Assembly: GCA_964016885.1 (NCBI GenBank)
Contig: OZ024747.1
Span: 48,980,001 to 49,044,000 of the forward strand
From: Eledone cirrhosa
Lineage: Eukaryota
Reading direction: 5' to 3'
DNA: 64,000 nt
Part shown: piece after piece, positions 56,654-64,000 of the stretch
How the letters are laid out: the number at the start of each line of letters is the position of its first letter
Position numbering within the stretch: position 1 is the stretch's first letter
Translations under genes and position numbers: made by a program
Notes under the pieces: generated by a model
Databases searched by the model: none
The model's input: only the letters and a program-made list of their open reading frames with translations
What the model was told of the DNA's origin: nothing

Positions 56654-57168
56654 AAGTGAGGAAATGACACACAAGATAATATAGTCCTATTCACTCTTTA
56701 AAAGACGGAATGGTCATAGAATTCTTTTGATTGCAGGATTCCAGGTTGAGGAACAACAGCTACCAATAGAAACTACTTTAGCAGTGCCAACTTTAGAGAA
56801 TCTACATGGTTCCTCAATCTGCTTGAAATAGCAACCAAACTCCTCAAAACTACACTATCATCTTAAATAATGGACATACTGGTTGATGCAGTCTAGGTCA
56901 CAAAATTCATGAAAGGTTTAAATGCATTTTGATCATGTCTGCGTGATCAGTACAACTATTACTATAGCCACCAGTTTGCTTGACCGGCTAGATATAGCAG
57001 CAAAATTCCCTCAAATCACTCTCTATTGTCTTGGGAAATGAAAGGACACATTAGATAATGTGGTTTTAAAAATGCAAAAAGACAGGGTGGTTATAGCTGG
57101 AAGGTTTTTGATTATTAAGTCTGTTTAATCAGGTTGAGATGAGCGCGAAACAATAGCCATCTCTAGAG

Positions 57169-57459
57169 CAGTCCTGGGCAACCTGCGGCCCGCGAAGCTT
57201 TCTGAACGATTCACCTAAGTCATCTAAGGGAAATCTTTCTGATGTTTTTTACCCCAACCTTTCAGTCGTAATTTATCTTTCTATCATTTTTACGATCGAG
57301 GAAAACAACGTGTACGAATTCTGAAGAAACAAATCAAAACAACCTGAGTTACCACCCTTTTTTTAAATTGGGCACGAATGTAAATTAACGTTTGCGGCCT
57401 GCCTGATGATAAGCTATATCTCATGGAGCCCGCTTCTCGAAAAAGGTTGTCCATGCCTG
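57169..57459. mobile_element. hAT (Charlie/Buster-type) MITE with 8-bp TSD
   Basis: TIRs CAGTCCTGGGCAACC / GGTTGTCCATGCCTG, subterminal GGCCCGC, and a perfect TSD CTCTAGAG at 57161-57168 and 57460-57467. Confidence 0.92.
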
Positions 57460-58079
57460 CTCTAGAGTTACCAATATATGTAAGAAACTACTACTATGAA
57501 TATATTTTAACTGCATTTCATTTTTGCCTCTAACCTGTAACTCAGTCCATTGTAAGACAATAAATATAGCTGGATCACATAGTACTGAGTAGCTTGGGAA
57601 AGAAAAGAAAGAAAAATACAGACCCTTTTCTGGCCATATTTCTAATGAAATGTACTGTTCATGTATTTGGTTCAATACATAGTGAGGGTGATAAAAAAAA
57701 TTGGAAGGATTTAATAAAATAACTTTTCATTCTTAAGCTGATGTATGAAACATAACTTAAAATTATAAATATAATCAGTTACATCGTGAATGACAAAATT
57801 GTTATATTCACTCTTTATTCATGTTATAGTGGCAGATTTTTTTGACACATTGATAAGTCGAAGTAAAGAAAAAAGTTGATTTTTGAATGGGTAAAAAGAC
57901 TCTTCGGTGATGTAATTGCTCCAGTTTCAAGAGAGTCTCAAATGAAGTCACATGCCAAACAAGTAAGACTCTTTATTTAAATAAAAGGTTTTCATTTGAA
58001 TACAAAAACTTCAAAATGTCTTGTATTATAGAACCAGCGGTAGTTTCAATTTGACATTAAGAGTTAAAACTTGTATTTT

Positions 58080-58200
58080 CTTTCGTTGAACAAACGGGTG
58101 ACGATCGATCACCGGTACGGCACAACTTCAAATTGGGCCGTTTGTTTACAAACGATACGAACATTATTATTAATGTTCAATATAACCCATATGTACATAT
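58080..58200 (+). repeat. Family H2-related fragment (also at 7735-7800 and 46320-46390)
   Basis: gttgaacaaacgggtgacgat and cgtttgtttacaaa...cgaacattattattaatgttc...aacccata mirror 6078-6310. Confidence 0.6.
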
Positions 58201-58283
58201 GTATGTGTGTGTAGGTATATATATATGCATGTATATACATATATATTTGCAGGTATATATGTATGTATACATATGTACGTATG

Positions 58284-58363
<80 letters not shown>

Positions 58364-58609
58364 TAAAAGGAAAAGAAAATGCTGACAAATTGTTCCCAGT
58401 GAAAAATAGTTTAATTAGGAATAAGTAAAAATTAGTAATAAGTATTGGTTAGTATTCAGTTTTAGTTTTAAATTTTTACCGGTTGCGCATTTCTAATGCT
58501 TTTCAAAAATAATTTTGAGATAGAGCGCCCGTGATGTTTGCCCTAATCTGATTAGTTTTGGAAATTCTACCTGTTTTATGTGAAAAAAGTGGCTCCAGAG
58601 GTATTAAAA

Positions 58610-58715
58610 TAAGTTTCGCGCCAGTGCGTGTTGCAAAAATTCTTGTGGTCAAAACAATTTTGATTGGTCGGTAGAGGTCACGTGAATGCTAAAAATTGAT
58701 TTTGCGCCAAATATA
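58610..58715. promoter_or_regulatory. Candidate promoter motif cluster (E2F x2, CCAAT, GTCACGTGA)
   Basis: TTTCGCGC at 58614-58621, ATTGG at 58663-58667, GTCACGTGA at 58677-58685 and TTTGGCGC (minus) at 58704-58711, in apparently unique DNA. Confidence 0.4.
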
Positions 58716-59094
58716 GGTTTGTCGAAGAGTGTCCTTTTTCGCCTGATTGAGAAGTCACTGAAAAATAAGTTTTTTTGATATCGTAGATATACTATACTTC
58801 CCACCTAAATTGATGTTGTGATTATTTCAAATAATTTATTGCTAGCATTGTTAGTATTGTTGTTATTGTTCTGATTGAATGCCATTACTACTATATATAG
58901 TAGCCATGCCTGTATATTCTTTTCATTCTCACAAGCTCCGATGAATTGACTGGTTATAACTATTGTATTGGTGATCGAATAACGTGAAAACAAGCGGGTG
59001 GCGATCTCTAGAGCTACCAGTTCAGAGAAACAATTGTCAGCAATGAGATTAAAAATCTTTTTTGTATAACAAACCGTGTCACTCTTCTTTCCTG

Positions 59095-59174
<80 letters not shown>

Positions 59175-59552
59175 ATGTATGTATGTATATATATATATAC
59201 ACATATATACATATATTGATATATGTATATATATATATACATGTAAACATACATGTGTGTATGTGCACGCGCGGTGGTGCGTACGAATGTGTGTTTGTGT
59301 GTGTGTGTGAAAACGGATTTGGGCAGTGAGAAACTGACGAAGACATAGAGATGGGGAGACAGGGAAGGAAAAGGTGAGAGAGGAAGAGGGGGTAGAGAAA
59401 GAGAGAGGGTAGATAAAGAGATACATGAAATATGAGTCAGATATCAATGGGAAAAGAGAAAGATGAAAGGAGATGAATGATGACACAAAGAGTTGGTCAG
59501 ACTGACAGAACAACAGGTATCGATCATCGTACACATTGTTAAGTCGGTTTAA

Positions 59553-62278
59553 GGGTGGCAACAACTGTACAATATAAGATCATACTCTCATATTATGACT
59601 GTCCTATCTAGGGTGGCAACGACTGAACAATATAATATCATACTCTCATATTATGACTGTCATATCTAGGATGGCAACGACTGTACAATATAATATCATA
59701 CTCTCATATTATGACTGTCATATCTAGGATGGCAACGACTGTACAATATAATATCATAGTCTCATATTATGACTGTCATATCTAGGGTAGCAACGACTGT
59801 ACAATATAAGATCATACTCTCATATTATGACTGTCATATCTAGGGTAGCAACGACTGTACAATATAAGATCATACTCTCATATTATGACTGACATATCTA
59901 GGATGGCAACGACTGTACAATATAATATCATACTCTCATATTATGACTGTCATATCTAGGATGGCAACGACTGTACAATATAATATCATACTCTCATATT
60001 ATGACTGTCATATCTAGGATGGCAACGACTGTACAATATAATATCATAGTCTCATATTATGACTGTCATATCTAGGATGGCAACGACTGTACAACATATT
60101 ATCATACTCTCATATTATGACTGTTATATCCAGGGTAGCAACGACTGTACAATATAAGATCATACTCTCATATTATGACTGTCATATCTAGGATGGCAAC
60201 GACTGTACAATGTAATATCATAGTCTCATATCATGACTGTCATATCTAGGATGGCAACGACTGTACAATGTAATATCATAGTCTCATATTATGACTGTCA
60301 TATCTAGAGTAGCAACGACTGTACAATATAATATCATACTCTCATATTATGACTGTCATATCTAGGATGGCAATGACTGTACAATATAAGATCATACTCT
60401 CATATTATGACTGTCATATCTAGGGTGGCAACGACTGTACAATATAATATCATAGTCTCATATTATGACTGTCATATCTAGGATGGCAACGACTGTACAA
60501 TATATGATCATACTCTCATATTATGACTGTCATATCTAGGATGGCAACGACTGTACAATATAATATCATAGTCTCATATTATGACTGTCATATCTAGGGT
60601 GGCAACGACTGTACAATATAATATCATACTCTCATATTATGACTGTGATATCTAGGATGGCAACTACTGTACAATATAAAATCATACTCTCATATTATGA
60701 CTGTGATATCTAGGATGGCAACTACTGTACAATATAATATCATACTCTCATATTATGACTGTCATATCTAGGATGGCAACTACTGTACAATATAATATCA
60801 TACTCTCATATTATGACTGTCATATCTAGGATGGCAACTACTGTACAATATAATATCATACTCTCATATTATGACTGTCATATCTAGGATGGCAACTACT
60901 GTACAATATAATATCATAGTCTCATATTATGACTGTCATATCTAGGATGGCAACTACTGTACAATATAATATCATACTCTCATATTATGACTGTCATATC
61001 TAGGGTGGCAACGACTGTACAATATAATATCATAGTCTCATATTATGACTGTCATATCTAGGATGGCAACTACTGTACAATATAATATCATACTCTCATA
61101 TTATGACTGTCATATGTAGGGTGGCAACGACTGTACAATATTAGATCATACTCTCATATTATAACTGTCATATCTAGGATGGCAACGACTGTACAATATA
61201 ATATCATAGTCTCATATTATGACTGTCATATCTAGGGTAGCAACGACTGTACAATATAAGATCATACTCTCATATTATGACTGTCATATCTAGGGTGGCA
61301 ACGACTGTACAATATAATATCATACTCTCATATTATGACTGTCATATCTAGAATGGCAACGACTGTACAATATAAGATCATACTCTCATATTATGACTGT
61401 CATATCTAGGATGGCAACGACTGTACAATATAATATCATACTCTCATATTATGACTGTCATATCTAGGATGGCAACGACTGTACAATATAATATCATAGT
61501 CTCATATTATGACTGTCATATCAAGGATGGCAACGACTGAACAATATAATATCATACTCTCATATTATGACTGTCATATCTAGGATGGCAACGACTGTAC
61601 AATATAATATCATACTCTCATATTATGACTGTCATATCTAGGATGGCAACGACTGTACAATATAATATCATAGTCTCATATTATGACTGTCATATCTAGG
61701 GTGGCAACGACTGTACAATATAAGATCATACTCTCATATTATGACTGTCATATCTAGGATGGCAACGACTGTACAATATATTATCATACTCTCATATTAT
61801 GACTGTCATATCTAGGGTAGCAACGACTGTACAATATAAGATCATACTCTCATATTATGACTGTCATATCTAGGCTGGCAACGACTGTACAATATAATAT
61901 CATACTCTCATATTATGACTGTCATATCTAGGATGGCAACTACTGTACAATATAATATCATACTCTCATATTATGACTGTCATATCTAGGATGGCAACGA
62001 CTGTACAATATAATATCATACTCTCATATTATGACTGTCATTTCTAGGGTGGCAACGACTGTAGAATATAAGATCATACTCTCATATTATGACTGTCATA
62101 TCTAGGATGGCAACGACTGTACAATATAATATCATAGTCTCATATTATGACTGTCATATCTAGGATGGCAACGACTGTACAATATAATATCATACTCTCA
62201 TATTATGACTGTCATATCTAGGGTGGCAACGACTGTACAATATAAGATCATACTCTCATATTATGACTGTCATATCTA
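59553..62278. repeat. 58-bp tandem repeat, ~47 copies
   Basis: Unit ggRtggcaacgactgtacaatataatatcatactctcatattatgactgtcatatcta; starts at 59553, 59611, 59669 and onward. Confidence 0.97.
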
Positions 62279-62279
62279 A

Positions 62280-62815
62280 AACCACACAAAAGACCACGGC
62301 GACCCTGACCACCAGGGCAAGCGCCCTCTCTCAGTTTTCCCACTGCTCAGTCTACGGGCGAATACTCAGAGTTCACTCGGACCTGACTCGCCACTTTCAC
62401 CCACCTTTCAACAAGCTTACTAGAAGACAGCACTTCTCCCTCCACCCTGATTTTCCTCGTCAAGTGAAACTTGAAAAAGTTAATCAGGGATTGGCCGGAG
62501 AGGAAAGTGTCCTTCTTCAACCCTTTCAACCTTGTCCACCACACAATCTCTTTCGCCATGGCCACCAGGCAGATGAAAACTGCCTGCCCTTCCTCCTCTT
62601 TAAAGGAGGGTGGCGGGGCTATCTGCACAATGGACTCAGTTGAAAACCGGATCTGTCCTACACGCGACAGCAACTGTTCGACATAGCTCCACAAGTCAGC
62701 AATCCTCGGGGACTGAACGAGTGCGTGCAGGACGCTTTCGTCGCCCTGCGCGCATCTCAGAAAGGCTCGGCTGAGGGCACTTCCGCGCCTGTATAGTTTA
62801 TCTCGAACCGTGCCT
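62280..62815 (-). mobile_element. Tx1/L1-like LINE ORF2 3' fragment
   Basis: VRDKLYR...RCAQGDESVLHALV...AVFICLVAMAKEIVWWTRLKGL; homologous to 40450-40880. Confidence 0.85.
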
Positions 62816-63496
62816 GTAGAGCTTATCATGTTGAAGCATGGCCTCTTTTTTGCTGCTGCCGCAGCGAAAGTGTTCTTCTTGTTGTCGTTGAGGGTGTTGT
62901 TGTTGTCGTTGTTCTTGTTGGTGTTGTTGTTATCACTGTCGCTGTTATCATTGTTGTCTTTGGTGCCGCCGTTGTTCTCGGTGCAGTTGGTATTGTTGCT
63001 GTTGCTGTTGTCGCTATTTGTTTTCATGTTAGTGGTGTTGATATCGTTGTTGCATTTGTCATTTTTTTGTTATCTGTATTTTCGTTGTCGCTGTTACTGT
63101 CATTTTTTTTTTTTTTTTAAATTAGAGTTCTGTGTTGTTATCATTGCTGTCTTTGCTCACATTGTTTGTGGTGGTGTTTGTTGTATCAATTTCTGTTAAT
63201 TTCGCCGTAGCGCTCCTCTCAACTTTTCCGTCTTTGTCGCACGACAGCAGACATATCGCTGGGGGGCGTGGCTCAGCCATGTTTCTTTTGTTGTTTTTTT
63301 TTCGGTAATTTTTTTTTTTAATGTAAAAGAGTTCAAATATTTGGGCCAAAAGGCCCAAATATTATACTTTCCCCTTTACAGGGCAAAGTCCAAGGGCTTG
63401 TATGCCTTACACAAGATCAAAAAAATCAATAAATAAGTTTTGACAGGTAAATAAATAAACTTACGAGAGCGAGCAAAAAGACGTCCGTTCAGACTC

Positions 63497-63497
<1 letters not shown>

Positions 63498-63578
<81 letters not shown>
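63498..63578. repeat. (TAA)n microsatellite
   Basis: Seen directly. Confidence 0.97.
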
Positions 63579-63579
<1 letters not shown>

Positions 63580-64000
63580 GGACGATTTGTTATATCTTTG
63601 TTACGTTTATTGGGTAGTGAAGCGCGTTTCGCTATTGATCAGCTCAAGGTTCGATCTGTATCGATCTGACCCGACTCTGGAATCAAAAGCTTGGTGGTCC
63701 TCTGCTGAAGTAATGACAGAATGAACATATAGAGCATAGAGATGCCTGTAACGATTCGCATCCTTTTGAGGTCGATAAAAAAAACTACCAGTCTAATACT
63801 GGGGTCAATTCATCCTCTATAGCTCTTTCTCACTTCATTTGACTCGCTCTTTTTCTCTGGAAGAAATATGTTGTGTTCAAACCAGGAGAGGCTACGCCAG
63901 GTTTTAAAAGTGAACAAGAAATGCCGTATGTCAATGCTACACCCCTACAACTCCAGCAGAGTTAAGGGTCCATACATACAGAGAGGGAAGGGCAGTGCTC

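Overview
This window is eukaryotic, AT-rich and saturated with repeats. It is most likely cephalopod (Octopus-like), judging by the SINE families and microsatellite load; that assignment is inference. I found no intact host protein-coding gene, and nearly all ORFs in the track are microsatellite artefacts. The window holds dense (TA)n/(CA)n/(GA)n/(CATA)n/(AGT)n/(CAT)n/(TAA)n tracts and four larger tandem arrays (35, 95, 31 and 58 bp units). It also holds decayed non-LTR retrotransposons (two R4/Dong-like RLE elements, Tx1/L1-like elements, RTE fragments, a Penelope-like GIY-YIG fragment), tRNA-derived SINEs, RTE-derived non-autonomous elements, and hAT and mariner MITEs. The main unexplained signal is a set of seven hand-foldable type I hammerhead ribozyme motifs (six complete, one with a stem I mismatch), plus decayed copies, in several non-coding repeat families. 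One family forms a ~0.5 kb head-to-tail retrozyme-like array. Five motifs with otherwise different extended stem II sequences share a C mismatch at stem II position 4. Many near-perfect fold-back palindromes abut microsatellites, and several turn around at hammerhead-like GAAAC motifs. A candidate E2F/NF-Y/E-box promoter lies near 58.6 kb. All alignments and folds were done by eye, and boundaries are approximate.
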